Shown: positions 38,106 through 54,400 of the stretch, piece by piece
Layout: the number at the start of each line of letters is the position of its first letter
Position numbering within the stretch: the stretch's first letter is position 1
Source of the DNA: Piromyces finnis finn
Taxonomy: Eukaryota; Fungi; Neocallimastigomycota
Assembly (NCBI GenBank): GCA_002104945.1
Contig: MCFH01000002.1
Location: 62,001-126,000 of the forward strand
DNA: 64,000 bases
Direction: 5' to 3'
Position numbers and translations under genes: made by a program
The notes under the pieces: generated by a model
The model's database searches: none
Told to the model about the DNA's origin: nothing
What the model saw: the letters and a program-made list of their open reading frames with translations, nothing else

Positions 38106-40408
38106 TTAAAATTTAGAAAAGCCATAAGTCTCGTAACCGTCATCATCATCGCTCATTTCTTCAAATAATTCTTCTTCTTCAGCATTACTTTTATTGTTAT
38201 AGCTTGAGGTACCTACATTAGCATTATTACCATTAATATTAGACTCATCATCATATTCGAGTTCTTTTTCAATTTCAACGATACCCTTTTCTAAATCATC
38301 TAATTCTAAATTATCTTCATGATAAGCATATTGATGTTTGGCTTTAGAGCTAGCAGAATGTCTGAAATAAAAAACTGAAGCAATAATACCAATACCACCA
38401 ATGATAATAATCTTTCCTCCAGTATTAGATTCAGCTTGTTCGGCATCTTCAGTATTATTATCATTATTATTGTCATTATTATCATTATTATTAACATTAT
38501 CTTCATTGTTATTATTGTCATTATCATCTACTGGATAATCAACTGGTTCATCGTTATTATCATCATTAACATCATTATCTGTACTTTCTTTAGGTGGAAG
38601 AGTATCATCACTATTAGAGGAGTTTTGAGATGGTATTTCATCAATGTTGTTGTCATCGTCGTAAACTTCACCATTACCATAATCATTATTATTATCATTA
38701 TCTTCTATTTCATTGTTATTATCATTATCATCTGCATTATCATTACCATAATTATCATCAATATTGTCATCATCTGTATTACCGTTAGTTTTATCTTCGT
38801 CAATGTTGTTGTCATTGTCTATACTATCACCATTGGTGTTACCAATTGTTTTATCAGAGTTGTTATTATCATCTTTATTATCACTTTCATGGTTTTTATC
38901 GTTATCCTCATTAAGAATTTCATCTGCTGGATTATCTTCTTTAGTATTATCAGCATCATCATCCTTTCCATCATTATCATTATCAATATCATCACCTTTT
39001 TCATCATCATTTCCATCTTTGTTATCATCGTCATTATTAACGTTATCATCATTTCCATCTTTGTTGTCATCATCATTATTAACGTCATCATCATTTCCAT
39101 CTTTGTTATCATCATCATTATTAACGTCATCCTCATTTCCATCTTTGTTATCATCATCATCATTAACGTCATCACCATTTACATCATCCTTATTAGTATC
39201 ATTATCAGCATTTTCTTCGTTATCTTCTTTTGGTTTTTCATCGTCATCGTCATCATCATCATTATCAGGTTCTCCCTTTATGGTACCTGTAAACTTTAAG
39301 AATTCACCACGTTTTAAATATAATAATTTAATTTGAGCAAATGATTTATCTGATGGAGTTTCATCGTCATCATCATTAATCATTTGTCTCTTCAATAAAT
39401 CAGAAGAAATACTTTCATAACTATAATTATATTCAATTTGAACTAAATACGATTTGTTTGGTTTTAACTTTAATTTATAACCAATTGTTTTATCAGACTC
39501 AATTGATGCCTTGGTAAGATCTAATTTTGGTGCCCCATTAACTAAAATACGAAGTCCATTGTTTTCTTTTTCATTTGAATAAGCAAAATTTACTAAAAGG
39601 AATGATTTCTTTTCTAAATTCTAATGATATTATATATGTAATTAATTATTAATAAATTATGCTACACTATATAAGAATTTATGTGTAAATCTATTATAAA
39701 ATATAATTATGTTATATAAAATATAATTGTATTTACTTCAAAAGTTTGAATTTCCATTTCTATTAGTGAAGTAAATGGTTTCTTGGATTCAGATTGTTCT
39801 GGGAAAATATCAATAGTATTCTTATTTAATATCCATTTAGCACAATCAGTACATTCTGAACCATCTTTATTTAAAGACTTAACATTAAAAATATTGTAAT
39901 CATCAGATGTCTCTGGGAAGAAATCAATCATTTTTATATTTTTATTTTCTTCATCTTCTTCATCTATTTAATATATAATATATATTATAAATTAAAAATT
40001 TATTTATTCAAATAAATAATTATTAATTAATTGTTTGATATCATACCACATTCTTCAAAATCAGTATTTGGTATATCATTAAAAATGTCACATTGTTTTT
40101 TTAAAGTTTTTTTGTCAGTAAGAAATCTAATTTTTCTTAATTGATTGACACCAGTGTTTTTATTATATCTACAAAATGTTGTTAATTCATCAACAAATTC
40201 GGTACAATCTTTTTTTTTTATTAATAAGAATATTTATTAGTAAGTTATTCATTTTCCTCGATAATAATATAAAAATATGTTTATTTATATTTGGAATTTA
40301 TTAATATTCATACATTTATAATATATTTTTATCATTACCTTCTGCCTTAGTTACAATGGCTAAACCGTTTAAAAGTAATAATAATTTATTTATTGTATTA
40401 AACTTCAT
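38106..40408 (-). CDS. Hypothetical type I membrane protein with Cys-containing N-terminal domain and long Asp/Asn-rich stalk; multi-exon
   Basis: Signal peptide MKFNTINKLLLLLNGLAIVTKAE; small exons (DCTEFVDELTTFC..., SECTDCAKW...) continue into the 429-aa ORF. TM IIIIGGIGIIASVFYF; acidic tail ending YETYGFSKF. Confidence 0.7.
39000..39190 (-). repeat. Coding minisatellite, about four 42-bp units (DNKDGNDDDVNNDD)
   Basis: Repeated 14-aa units in the translated ORF; boundaries approximate. Confidence 0.8.
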
Positions 40409-42661
40409 CTTATTTCTTTTATTTTTTTTATTTCTATTGTTTATTTAATAATTTAATAAAAATTAAATGTTTCCAAACAATTAATTTTAAAAACGTTCCC
40501 TAAACTTCAATATATATAATTAAATAAATTTAAATAGTTTTTTTTTAAAAAATATATATTATATTTACCGGGAAAAAAAAAAAAAAGATAAATAAATTTA
40601 AGAATATATTATTGTTGTTTCTATTTTTAATTTTCTTTTTTTTTTTTTTTTTTTTTTAAAATAAATTATTTAAATTTATATTTATTTTTATATTTTTTTA
40701 TTCAAATATTAATTATTTCTTCTTCATTGAATACTATGAATATAAAGGGGAGGAAATAATAAATAAAAAATTCTATTATTTTTAAAAGAAAAAAAAAAAA
40801 AGTTTTGTTTTTTAATTTTATTTATATATTTTAAATGGTATAATAAAAAAAAATTATTTTTTTAATGGATTTCCTATTAAAATATTGTATTTTCTTTTAC
40901 ATTTAAATTTATTGTTAATTAGAAATTATATACATACACGTACATAAATATAATCATAATAATATATTTGTAATATATTTCATTTTGCTAAATTACATCT
41001 AATGTGGCTATTAATATGTATTTTATAATTAGTTAATTAGATATTTTGTCTCTGGGTTTTATTAAAAAAATTTATTTTATAAATATTTTGTAAAGATTTT
41101 TAATAATCAAGCCACTATAATATAAAATGAAATATTAAATTAATATTAGATTACCATATTTTATTTAAAAATAAATGAATAAAAAGAAAATATCATTAAT
41201 AATAATATGATGTTATAGTAGAAAAAAAATAATTAGAAATAATAATTACATTGAAATAATAGATGAATTTTTATATTTTTATACAAATAATAAACTTTAA
41301 TATATAATAATTTAGTCTATATCTTCACTTTATAAAATATGACATTAAAATTTCATATGATTAATCACATGAATAACTTATGATCGAATTTTTTTTTCTT
41401 TAAATAAAAAGTTAAATTTTTAAAGTTTTTTTTTAAAAAAAATATTTAAAATTATACTAATATATATTTTTAAAATTCTAAATACTGATAAAAGTTTATT
41501 TCAGCATCAATTATATTTTTTATTTTCTATATGTTTTTTTATTATAAAAAAAAATATTTTAATATTTAATAAAATAAATATTTTAAAAAATAAAATTAAT
41601 TTTTAAAATACTAATATATATATATTCTTCTTTTATAGAAAAATATTATTATTTTGAAAATTTGATATTTTATCTTAAAATATATTAATACCTTATAATT
41701 CAATACTTTATTGTTATTGGTACTTGAAAGTAATAATAAATTTATATATAACCATTTATTTATTTGTTTGTTTATTTATTATATAATCATACTTATAATT
41801 ATGATATTTAGAGATTTAGACAAGCTTAATGAAGAATATTAAATAATATATATGATCTATATATTTTAATAGATGGATAAACACTATATTTTTTTTTCAT
41901 TTTAATAATAATAATAATAATAATAATAATTCTTTATTTATCTTTTTTTTTTTTTAATATTTATCCATTTTATATATAATTTTAAATCAAAGTTATAGAA
42001 CTTTAAATAATTCATTTATATATATTTATATATTTGATGTATAAATTTAATTAAAATAATATATTGCAAAATTAATACCTATTATCAAACACAAATCTTT
42101 TTTTATTTTTAATTTTTTAAAAAAAATATAAAATATATTAAAGCATAAAAATTTGAAAAAAAAAAAAAGTAAATTTACAGATAATAATTTCTAAAATTAT
42201 TTTTTAATTTATTATTGAAGAAATACCACTGTTTTCTAATTCATTCATAATAATTTTGTTATTAAATTATCTTTTTTTTTTTTTTTTATAATTTATTTAG
42301 AATTTATTAAAATTTCATTTATAATAAAATTTAAAGATTAATAATTTATTAAAATTTCGTTTTACAATTAAAAATAAGCCTGTTGAAACCTATTTAATTT
42401 TAAGAAACCTTTTAAACAGTAGAAAATATTTAATTAATTTCTTATCTAATATAATTGAAGATTATAATTTTTTAAAATCATTATTTATCATTATTTTAAT
42501 TTTATTTATTTATTTTTGATTAGTACAATTGAATTTGAAATCAAAACAAAAAATATATAAATCATTTAAATAATGATGTAAAAATTAAAAAAATAGAATA
42601 ATTTTAATATTCATTTAAAGAATAATAAATAAAAATTAAAACAATTTATTTAATAATAATC

Positions 42662-45600
42662 ATGACTACTTCTAATAATGATAATGAAAGTTTAAAAACT
42701 TTACTAGTTACATATACAATTACAAATGATTTAGATAATTTAATTTTATTGATAAATGATAAAAAAAATATTATTGATTTAAATGAATTAATAACTTGGG
42801 ATTCAGAAAATGAATGCATAATTGAAAACTTTGAAGTAAGGGAAAAGTATAATATTGAATCTCCAATATATTATACAACCTTATTAAATTTAGCATCAAT
42901 TAAAGGACATGTAGAAATTGTTGAATTTCTTTTAGAACATGGTGCATTACCAACAATAAAAGATGGTCGTGGAAGGTATAAATAACAAATTACTTATAAG
43001 CTACCATAAAATATAGAAATTAAAATAAAACTATTAAAATTAAAATCTATTTTATTTTATAATATAATAAGAACACCGTTTATATGTTGTATATATGGTT
43101 CTTTAGATACTTTATTGGTTACACCTGAAAATTACTCAAAAATTGTTCAAATTACTGATAATCATTTAAAAATTGCAAAGATTTATTTAAAATGGTTAAG
43201 AAATAATGATATAGATAATTTTGATATTGTTGTAAATTTACCTCAAAATAATACAGGTTTAAGAGGAATCACACCATTATGTCTTGCATCATACTTAGGA
43301 AAAACAAAATTAGTTAAACTTTTAATTGAAGAAGGTGCAGATGTTAATGGACAAGATAAAAATGGTGCAACGGCATTAATGTATGCAGGTAAATATCTAA
43401 AGTAATTAGGATTATTATTTTTAACTTGGCAATTTAATATTTATCTTAATTTTAAATTCAAAAATTTTCTTAAATATATAATAATCTATATATTATTTTA
43501 TATATGGATACATAAATTTATTTATTTAAAAATTAAAGCACGAGATGGACATACTTCAGTTGTTCAAATACTTATGCAGTATAATGCTTCTCCAGAAATA
43601 TTAGATGATAGTGGATGGTCAGCAATTCAGTATGGACAAAACTATGCAGAAGTTGTAAAAATAATTGAAAACTATTCATTAGCAGAAAAAGGAATATGCG
43701 TAAGTTAGATAATAATAAAAAGGAAAAAAAAATATGATGATACTCATTATATATTTTTAATATGTTCACTTTAATTGATAATATATTTTATTATTTGTTT
43801 TAACATTTAAAAAAAAAATAAAGAGCATTTTTCCACAAAGTCTTTTATATGATATCTCATCGAGATATCCAAACTTTTTTATCAATTTATCATCATTCTT
43901 AAAAAAGCATCATATGAAAACTTTCCCAAACATAGAATTTAAAGATCCTATATCAATTATTAAAAATACAAGTAAATCACTCTCTGAAGGAATGAGTATA
44001 CATCATTATTCTATATTACGTGCAATTAAATATAAAGATTTAACATTATTAAAAAATTTTCTCGAAGGAACCTCAATAAGACAAATTAATTATATTGACC
44101 CCAATAATGGTCTTAATTTATTACAATATATATGTAATACTAAGCCACTTTATAAAGAATCATGCTTAGAAATAATAAAATTATTGGTAAGATCATAATA
44201 AGTTTATAGAAAATAATAATTTTATATTACATCTTTGTATTAATAAATTATTTTGATTATTTTAATGTTATATATATATAATTTTGTATTTATAATTATT
44301 GTTTTTCATAATAAATTGACAATATATATATATATATTATAGATCAAAAAAGGTGTAGATGTAAATGCAAAAAATTCTAGAAGTGGTAGAACATCATTAC
44401 ATTATTTATGCAAAGATATTTTTGGTAATTCGGAAAAATCTATAAAAAACACATTAAATGATACTCAAAAAAATAAAATCATTCAGAATATTTCTCAAGC
44501 AATAAAACTTTTGATACAAAATGGTATAGATATTAATTGTAGAGATTGGAATGGTAATACAGCTCTTCATTATGCGGTATATATAAATGAAATAAGTATT
44601 ATAAAAGTTTTGGTAGAAGATGGTAATTCATTAATAAATATTAAAAATAAGAATTCTGAAACTCCAATTGATATTTGTAAAGATGATAAAATAAAAGAAT
44701 ACTTGTTAAGTCATCAAACCACAAATAAAAAAGAAAAAATTAATAGATATTGTATAGATATGAAAGAAAATAATGAAGATGAGGATGACTTTGAAGAGGT
44801 TGTAAATATAATGTATGATATTTTAGATGAAAGATTAAAAGGTAGTATAAATACTTTAAAAAATCTTGATGATTTATATGAGATAATAGACTCTGATAAA
44901 AATATTCATGTATTAAATAATAATCTTATTGAAGAAAGCAATGTTTTAATTGATGAAAATTTTGCTTTAATGTCCGAAAATGATAATATAATTGATAAAT
45001 ATGAAAAAGAAATTGATTCTTTAAATCAGAAAATTTACCAACAAGAACAAGAAAATTTTGATTTAAATAGTAAATTATATTCTCAGAGCAAAGAAATGGA
45101 TGAATTGAAGTTTAAGTATTTAAGTTTATATCAACTTTATAGTCAACAGATGTTAAATTTTAATAAAATGTATAATTTGTGTAATATACAAAATGAATCT
45201 ATATCAAGATCACCTTCATTGAAAAATATACAAAGTATTCATAGAAATAGTACAATTTCATTTGATGATAATATTAGTGAATTTAGTATTAATATGAGTA
45301 AACATGATCAATTCAACTTTAATTCTAATATAACGAATGATAAACACTTTTCTGTGTCTTCACCAATGTCTATAGCATCAAAAATAGAACCATCACATAT
45401 TGAAATGAAAAGTGAGGTTATTGAAGCCAATATAGAAGAAATTGATAATGATATAAATGAATTAAATAATATGCTCAGTGATCTTGAAGAAAGACAAATA
45501 GATATTCAACAACATTTAGATTTAGAAGAAGAGGAAGAAGATGTTTATACTAATGAATTAAAACGACTTCAAGAAGAAGAACTAGCTCTTATAAATGAAC

Positions 45601-48320
45601 TGAATTCCTTAAAACTTGAACGTAAAAATCTTATGAATAAACTTTCAGTATTATCTGAAAATGACTATAACAACAAGTCTGATTCAATTTCTAAAAGTGA
45701 AGATGCCTCTGCTTTAAATGAAAAATTAAATAATGAAAATGATGGTGACATAAGATCTCATAAAGAAATAATAATTACACCGAAAAAGAAGCTTAAACAA
45801 AAACCATCACAACTATTATTTGATTTATTAAAAACATTTAATAATGAAGATATACTAAATGGTAAAGTAACTATACCATCATTATCTGAATTAGAATCAA
45901 TAACAAGTACCAAAAATATATCCAAATTAGATGAAGTCGAAGATGAAGATAGTGATAACTATGATCCAGACTTATCATATATTGGAAGAGAAAAAAAAGA
46001 AATTGAAGCGGCAATACTACTAAATGACATTAATTTAGAAGATAATCCTGATTTAAGAATTGTTACTAAAGAGGATAATCAAAATGACATTAAATTAGAT
46101 AACTATAAAATAGTAAATACCAAAAAACTAGAGGATATGTTTTCTACTATTCGTACTCATGTTAATACTATCATAAAAGCATATAAACAAGTTGTAGAAA
46201 GCAAAAAACAATTAGAAGATCAATTAAATAAAAGTTTAGCAAAAGAAAATAATGATGAAACATTAGAAATTGAAAACCTTAATAAACAAATACACCATAT
46301 GGACGAAGAAATCAACAGAATATCAAAAATAATAGATCAATTAAATCAAGAAAAGGATGAAGTAAATAACGAGAGATTTATTGAATTTAGAGATTTAAAT
46401 AGTATTACAGAAATTCTTTTTGGTTTAGAATATATTATTTTTGATAACAAGAAAAATTCATTAAATAAACTTCGTAGTCAAAAGAACATTGAACTTTGTA
46501 CAGGTATATATAACATTTCTATAAATTCGATACTTTATTCTATACAACATATGTTGCAAGAATTGCAAATTGATATTCCAAATATACCAGAAACAGTAAA
46601 TTCATTACAAAACCTTAAATTGATGATTATTAAACAACATCAATCAGAATACAAAGAAGATCAATTAATAAGTTCCTCAGATGATAATGTGTTAAATGAA
46701 CAAGCTAATTCAAATTATCATGAAAAAATACAGTCTCTTCTTTCTGCTATTTATTCATCTTTAAAATTATTAAGTAATGCTTTTGAATCTATTTTTTATT
46801 TCACAAAGAATATAAGTACTTCCAATGCTAAGCTTCAAAAAGAATTAAAAGAATTAGAGGAATATTTTGAAAATGTCATTTTAATACCATCCGTTAAAAA
46901 TCATCTTCATGCAAATCAAATAAATTATGATTCAACCAAAATGAACACCAAATTCTTCAATAATAATACTAACAATAACAACAGTAATAGTAATATTTTA
47001 TTAAATAAAAATAATGCAGCAATAAATTCTGAGTTATACCAGAATATGAGAAACGAAGCTATTATTAAAAATTCCAACATATTTAACAATAATGTAGGTA
47101 TTAATCCAAATATGTCTGGTATGAACAACTCTTTCTCAGCTCTACCACCAAATAATACAAATCAAAATGGATACTCTAACACCGATATGTTAAATAATTC
47201 AATAGGAATAAAGCATTCACAAATTCATAATGGTAGTATTCATAGTAGTACCAGTTCTTCTAATCAATATGATGCATCTTCCAAAGAAAATATGATTCAA
47301 GAAATCATGAAGAATATTCAAATTATTCGTACTGAAATTTCACAGCTTGAACAACAAAATCCTCGTTCATCTTTGACTGAATCCTCAATACACAACAAAA
47401 AAATAATATATAAAGATCTTGTTGGTAAACTCTTTAATTTGATTCAATCTAATAAAATTAATGTGTCCTCTACTTCCTCTTCCTCCTCACATAATAATAA
47501 TTTGAAAAAAAATAAAAGTAAAAAAGAAATTGATGAAAGTAATAAAAGAAATAGTTTCAGTGGTAGTGATAAAGCTAATACCAGTTTTATATTACCACCA
47601 TCTCTTTTTGAAGGTAATAATCTCAATGAATCAAGTTTTTCTAGTAATAATGATCAATTCAATAGTCAACTTATTGGATCAAATATTCCAAGTAACTTTA
47701 ACCTCTCAGACTTCCCACCAACACAGCTACAACCAAATTTTGCTGAACAACAAATTCAAATTCAAAAATTACATCAAATTCAGCAACAACTACAACAGCA
47801 GCTTCAACAACAACAACAGCTTCAACAACAACTTCAACAACAACAGCAACAATATCAATTTCATCTTAATAAAATTCAACAGCAACAGCAACAACAAATT
47901 GACAAAAACACACAAAATATTTCAAGTCTTAATCTTCATAATAATATATGTCCTCCTCCAATAACATCCACTTCTACATCTACACAGACCGTTCAAAAAA
48001 TTACTATTAATCCTCCATCATCATCCACAAGAGAAATTAGTCTTGATTCATCGGAATTCAATACAAGAGAACATAACACTGATCTCTTATCAGAAGAATC
48101 AAAAATCGGATACGAAAATAATAAGGATGAGGGAAACATTGAACATAATGAACATAATACTAATTATGATCAAGAAAATGAAGAAATTGAGGAAAATAAT
48201 CTAATGAACGCTATTAATGATAATTCAAACATTTTAAAAAAGAAGTCCTCCTATAGTAGCATAACAGAATCGGGCATAGAAAATTCTAAAAAAATAAATG
48301 CGGACCAAACTTTTCAGTAA
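42662..48320 (+). CDS. Large hypothetical ankyrin-repeat / coiled-coil protein with poly-Gln tract; multi-exon
   Basis: Ankyrin motifs TLLNLASIKGHVEIVEFLLEHGA, GITPLCLASYLGKTKLVKLLIEEGADVN, GRTSLHYLC and GNTALHYAV across several exons, ending in a long last exon with heptad-rich and Q-rich segments. Confidence 0.8.
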
Positions 48321-48453
48321 TTATTAAACCATTAAAAAAAAAAGCATATATAGTTTATTACCCTAAAAACATTTTCCTTAATGGTTTATTGTCTCCATCC
48401 CTGATAATAGAGTTTTGAAATTATTTTTCAATAAAAGACAAAATTCACTTTTT

Positions 48454-48484
<31 letters not shown>

Positions 48485-51400
48485 TATAATTAGTAAAAAA
48501 AAAAAAAAAAAAAATTAAAAAGTAATAATTACATACAGCATATAAATTAATTATTAATAACTTTTTATTTTTCAAAATAGTCACTATCTATTAAATAATA
48601 AGAAAGATATAAAGTCGATTAAAAAAATTGTATTAAAAGCTTTCATCATCATCATAGATAATTTAAAATATTTATAAACTATTATATCTTTTATATATTA
48701 TATATATATATAATTTAAGTATTATTTTTTTATTAATACTATTCATGAAAACATCATTTTTTTTTTTGGTTTTTTTCTATTATTATCTTTAAAAAAAAAA
48801 AAAAAAAGCTTTTTCTATTAGTAATCTCCAATTTTGAATTTTTGAAATAAAGTAATATCAATAAATTTGGTAATTTATATATCAATTATTTTCTTATTTT
48901 ATTTTTATTATTATTATAATTATGGTTCCGATTACAAAAATTTAAATTTTACAATTAAACATTTTAAAAAAAAAAAAATTTATTGTTATAAAAAGATATA
49001 ATAATTAAAAATAAATACATTCATTAGCACATAATAATAATTTTCATTATCTCAGGTTTATGTTAAGCATAAAGCTAATTCAAATATTGGTTAATATTTA
49101 GTAAAATAACAGCATTAATTTATAAAGCAATTATATCTTAATTTTTTTATTATTATTATTTATTTATTTTATAGTTGTATTTTCAACTTTCATTTCCTTA
49201 TAATAATATCCCTTCAAAATGAATAATGTTAAAAATATTAGATTTTTTTAAAAAAAAATTTTTTTATATAACTCTATCTTTTACATCTATAATTATTTAG
49301 TACAACAATTGTAAAATATTTTAATATTTCAAATATACAAAAGAATTATTAAAAGGAAATATATTTTAATACTAATTAATTATTAATTATTTAAAATTTT
49401 AGTTATCAAAATTAAATAATAAATAACAACAACTTAATACATTGGTTTATTTCATTGTCTTTTTTTTTTTTTTAAAAGTTTATTCTTCTTATTATTAATT
49501 ATCAATAACTATAAATATTTATTTTTTTTATTTAATAGATTCTTTAAAAATATAAAGTTATTCCTTTAAAATACATTTCTAAATAAAAATATATTAATTG
49601 TATTATTAGATCTTTACATTTAAGATTATGAAAGTATTAAAAAAATAAAGTTTAAAAATTGACAAAAATAATAATAATAATAAAAAAACTGTAAATTAAC
49701 AAAATTATTGATATATACTTTTTTTTATTGTTTCTTTTTATTATTATTTAACCAAAAAGTTATTTTTATCCATTATTTTATAAAAATTAAAAAATTATAA
49801 ATTTAATTATTTCTCAATCTTAACCACAAAAAATTATAATTATTAATTAAAAAGAAAAGAAAAAAAAAAAAAGTATTAATATAAAATCTTTTAAAATAAA
49901 ATCTAATAATAATCTAACCCTTAATAAAATTTTTTTAAAAAGTATGCCATTTAATAATTTTTAATTGTTAGTTAATTAGAACAATCATTTATAAAGTATA
50001 TAAAATATTAATCATACCCATGAGATTTTAATAATTAATTAATGTATAGAATAATCAAAATCATAATCGTAATATTCATGGTAATATTTTTTTTAAACAT
50101 TAGTATTTTTATTTATTCATTTTATGGAAAGGATAACAAAATTTTTTTAATATGTAATAGTAGTTTAAAACTAATTTTAGCTGCTTTTAAAATAATAATT
50201 TAATATAAATAATACAGAAATTTGAAATTAATAATTTTAATTTTAAATATATACAAATTAAAATTATTAAAACTCTAAATAATACATAATATATCTTTTT
50301 TTTTTATATATATATATATAAAACAATTTAAACTAAATATAGTAAAATTAATAAATTAATAAAAGTATAATGTTAAACAATAATGCCAAAAAAGAATATA
50401 GATAACAATATTGATATTTCTCCAATATTTTATTATTTTAATTCTATTATAATTAATAATAAATAGAGAAAGTTTCAACTTTTTAAATACATAATAAAAG
50501 GTTAGGAAGAAGTTATAAAATATAATTTATTGATTGAAAGAAAAAAAATTAGGCTAATTATTAGCATCGCTTCATCTCTTATGATATGTTTTATTTTTTA
50601 AAACCAAGTTAAAATATCATATATAGTTGTGTTTTGAAATAAAAATATAGTCTTTATTTAATTTATTATATATAATAATTATAATATAAAGCAATAATGA
50701 ATATAAAATAATGCTATTAGTTTTTTTTTTATTTGTAATATCTATATATTTAATAGAAATTCGATGTTAATTGTTAACTTTGCAAAAAAAAAAAAAAAAA
50801 AAGAGAAATATTGATTAAATCGAAAAACCAATAATTTAATATACTTTAAATTTAAAAATTACCAGATCTATTTACAAGCTTATCATATATTCTCAAATGG
50901 GCATAATAATTATTTTTATTTTTATTTCACTACCACAAATTATAAATTTTATAAATTTTATAAATATATGAAAATAATTCCAATATTGTTCTATTACTAT
51001 TACAACCTGCTACTACTAATTACAATGACCTGCTATTATATTTATTATTATTAATAATATTGAAATAATTCTTATTTAAAAAATAAATTAATAAAAAATT
51101 ATCAAATAGATAAATTTAAAAATTAAAAATTTTTATTAAAACTGTATTATTTTAGGAAGAATGAAAAAAAAAAAAAAAACATTTTATATGATTACATAAA
51201 TAAAAAGTGATGAGGGATAATCATATTTTTATTAATAATATATAGGATATGAATGAAATGGAATTGTATTGTATTTTCTGTTAAAAGGGCACAAATATTA
51301 ATTTATCTCCAATTATTAATATTAATATAGATGTTTATAATTTTCCAATTTTTCTATTTAACTTTAAAATCATAATATAGACTTGCTAAAAATAACTATT

Positions 51401-54400
51401 TTATAATAAAAAAAATCATACTTTTTTATTTATTAAATTGTACTAATGCACTAAAAATTATACCTTTATTATTTTATTAGTAATAAATAAAAAAAAGACT
51501 TTATCGAAATAATTATAATATTAATTATTTAATATGAATATCTTTTTAAAAGTAATATTATATTTGTAACATATATTTAAAATGAATTTTAAAAAATGGA
51601 TAAAAAAAAAAAAAAATCAAAACTATTAATTATAATAAATTAATTATTGAATTTGTTCTAATTTTTATTATAAATACTATTTATTATTACTCATAATAAA
51701 ATTGGTGTCATCTATATTTATTAAATCTATACATAAATCTAAACAACAACTTTCCTAATTATCCCTAAATTAACTAATTTTAAAAAGTAAAAATAAAGTT
51801 ATATCAGTTGTTATTGCTGTAGAATAAACATAAAATTTTAAATATTAATAATTATATATATATATTTCTTAATTATATTAATTATTAATGAAAATATTAT
51901 TTTTTTTTATTTCCTTTTTTTTTTTTTTTTTTAATTCATATAGTTTTTAAACTCAACTTTTTTTAATATAATGGATATAGTGAAAATTAATATTAATTAT
52001 TAATAATAATAATAATAATAAAGAAAATCATTTATTTAGTTTTTTAAATAAATAAAATTTAATATATTAAACTTAGTTTTATTTCTTATTAATGTTAAAA
52101 AACAAATACTTAATAGAAGAAATATTGCTTTTTTTTTTATAGATATCTATTATTCATTATATATATCTAAAAATAGAATATTAAGTAGTAATATTTATTT
52201 TTATAATATCTAAATATTTAAACTTAGTTAGGAAAATATTCTTATTAAAAAAAGTATAATTAAAAAGTACTTTTTTTTTTTTTTTTGTGTAGAGTTTAAA
52301 CTTATTAAACATTTTAGTTTTTTTATTTTTTTTAATATAAAGATAGATTAAAATTTTAATTAATTATTGATGGCCGAAAATAAATATTTATTATTTCGTT
52401 TTTATATCTAATCCAAGTTTATGAAAAAAAAAAATATTTTTTAAGGTAATTGGGCTAATTGAGGTTCTAATATTACAATCTTTAATAATATTTATAATCG
52501 TTATTATAGTAATTATCCCAATTTAATTAACAAAAGATATTTTTATAAGAATAGTTTTTAGCAATAATGTTTGTTAAAATAATTACATAATTCAGTATCA
52601 TTAATAAATTAAATATTTCAATAAACTTGATTGTATATTCATAATCAAATATTTTAAACAAAAATAAAAATATATGCTTTATTGTTTAAAAACTTTAATA
52701 AAACTAATTAATAATAATATATATTAGTGAATACTGTAAAAAAAAATATTAATGCCTTAATCACTTATATTAATTTTTTTAAACAATTTATTCAAAAGTT
52801 TTTTTAATAACAAAATAAATTGATTTTAACTTTTTACATTCTATAAAAACACTATTCTATACATTTTCACTTTTTATTATGATTTCATCATTTTAATTAT
52901 TAATATGATGTATAAATTGAAATAAATAAACAATTGAATGTTCAATGCTAACAATACTAATATTTAACTTAATGAATATTAAAATGTCTTTTTCTTCTTG
53001 TATACTAAATAAATAGTATAAGATAATAAGGGTTAACAAATTAATGAAAAACAAAAGTAACATATATATTACTTATGTTTCCATATAATTATTGATTTGC
53101 TTTAAGTATTATAATCTTATTTATAAAAAAAAACAAAATTTGATAATTAACTTTATTGTAATTGTCAGTATCAAACCTTACTAGTTTAGTATATAGTTTT
53201 ATTAATTTTTAAGGTGTTTATTAAATATTAAATAATTTATTAAAATCATAAATAATAAAAATATTAGAAAAAAGAAAGTAAAAAGGAAGATCTATATTTT
53301 AAAGTTATTATTTTACCTTTGACTAATTTATTATTTTGATGTAGCACGACTACTTTTAAAATTTTAATTTTTCATTAAAATACCTATTAATGTATTTGAA
53401 TATAAACATTTTATATAATATATAATAATGCATATTATTATATATTACTATTATACTATTTTATATTAAATAGACTATAAAATTAAAGAATATAATAGTC
53501 TTTAGACTACTATTATTTTTATTATTTCAGGATATAATAAAAAAAATAAATATAATTTAAAAAAGAATTTTTATTTATAAAATATTAATTAAAAAAAAAA
53601 ACTTTTTTTATTTATCAAGCTATTTTAAAAATTTTTTAATTTATATTAAATGATATAAATTAATATACAATATTTAAATATAAAATATATATATTAGAAT
53701 ACATTATACATTTATTATAAATATTTTTAAAAATTTAAATTAATAATTTAAAGTTTATATTTAATTAAAATCATTTTAATTTTTAAAATAGGTATGATTA
53801 AATTAAAAAAAAAAAAAAGTTTATGGATTTTTAACAAAAAATCATTCAGTAGTAGAAAGAGAATCTTTTTAACTATTAATCTTTTTCGCAACATTATGAA
53901 AACAATTAATTTTTTTTAAAGAATTATTATTAGTAAAACTTTTTTATAAATATAAATAGAGTATAATAATATATGGTCCATTATACTTTATTAAACTTAA
54001 TTCAATTACATATTATGGAATTGAAAATAACATATTCATTGTTTAAATTCCATTTTCTTTATTTTTGTTTTTCATATAATCTTATAATATTAACATTTTA
54101 AACGTTATTTCTATTCATTTTATTTAAATATATAATAATATATAGATTTATAAAAGTTTTTTTTATATTATAATATAAAGTCGATATATATCGTTTAAAG
54201 AATATAAATAAAATCTTTTTTATATATAATATATTATCATTTAAATTGTTATTTTAATGTTATTACTATTACTATTAAATATATATCAGTTCATATTTAT
54301 ATATTTTCCTTTTTTTATATTTTTATAATAATAATTAAAAACCAGTTAATCCATTAATCTAATTTATAGTGAAAAGAAAGTACTAATTAAAATAATTATT

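Noticed and set aside
38306-39336. Overlapping alternative-frame and antisense ORFs (287, 190, 119 and 73 aa)
   Set aside because: Shadows of the low-complexity D/N-coding strand. The same applies to shadow ORFs over the cyclase, LINE, fumarate reductase, ankyrin and WOPR genes.
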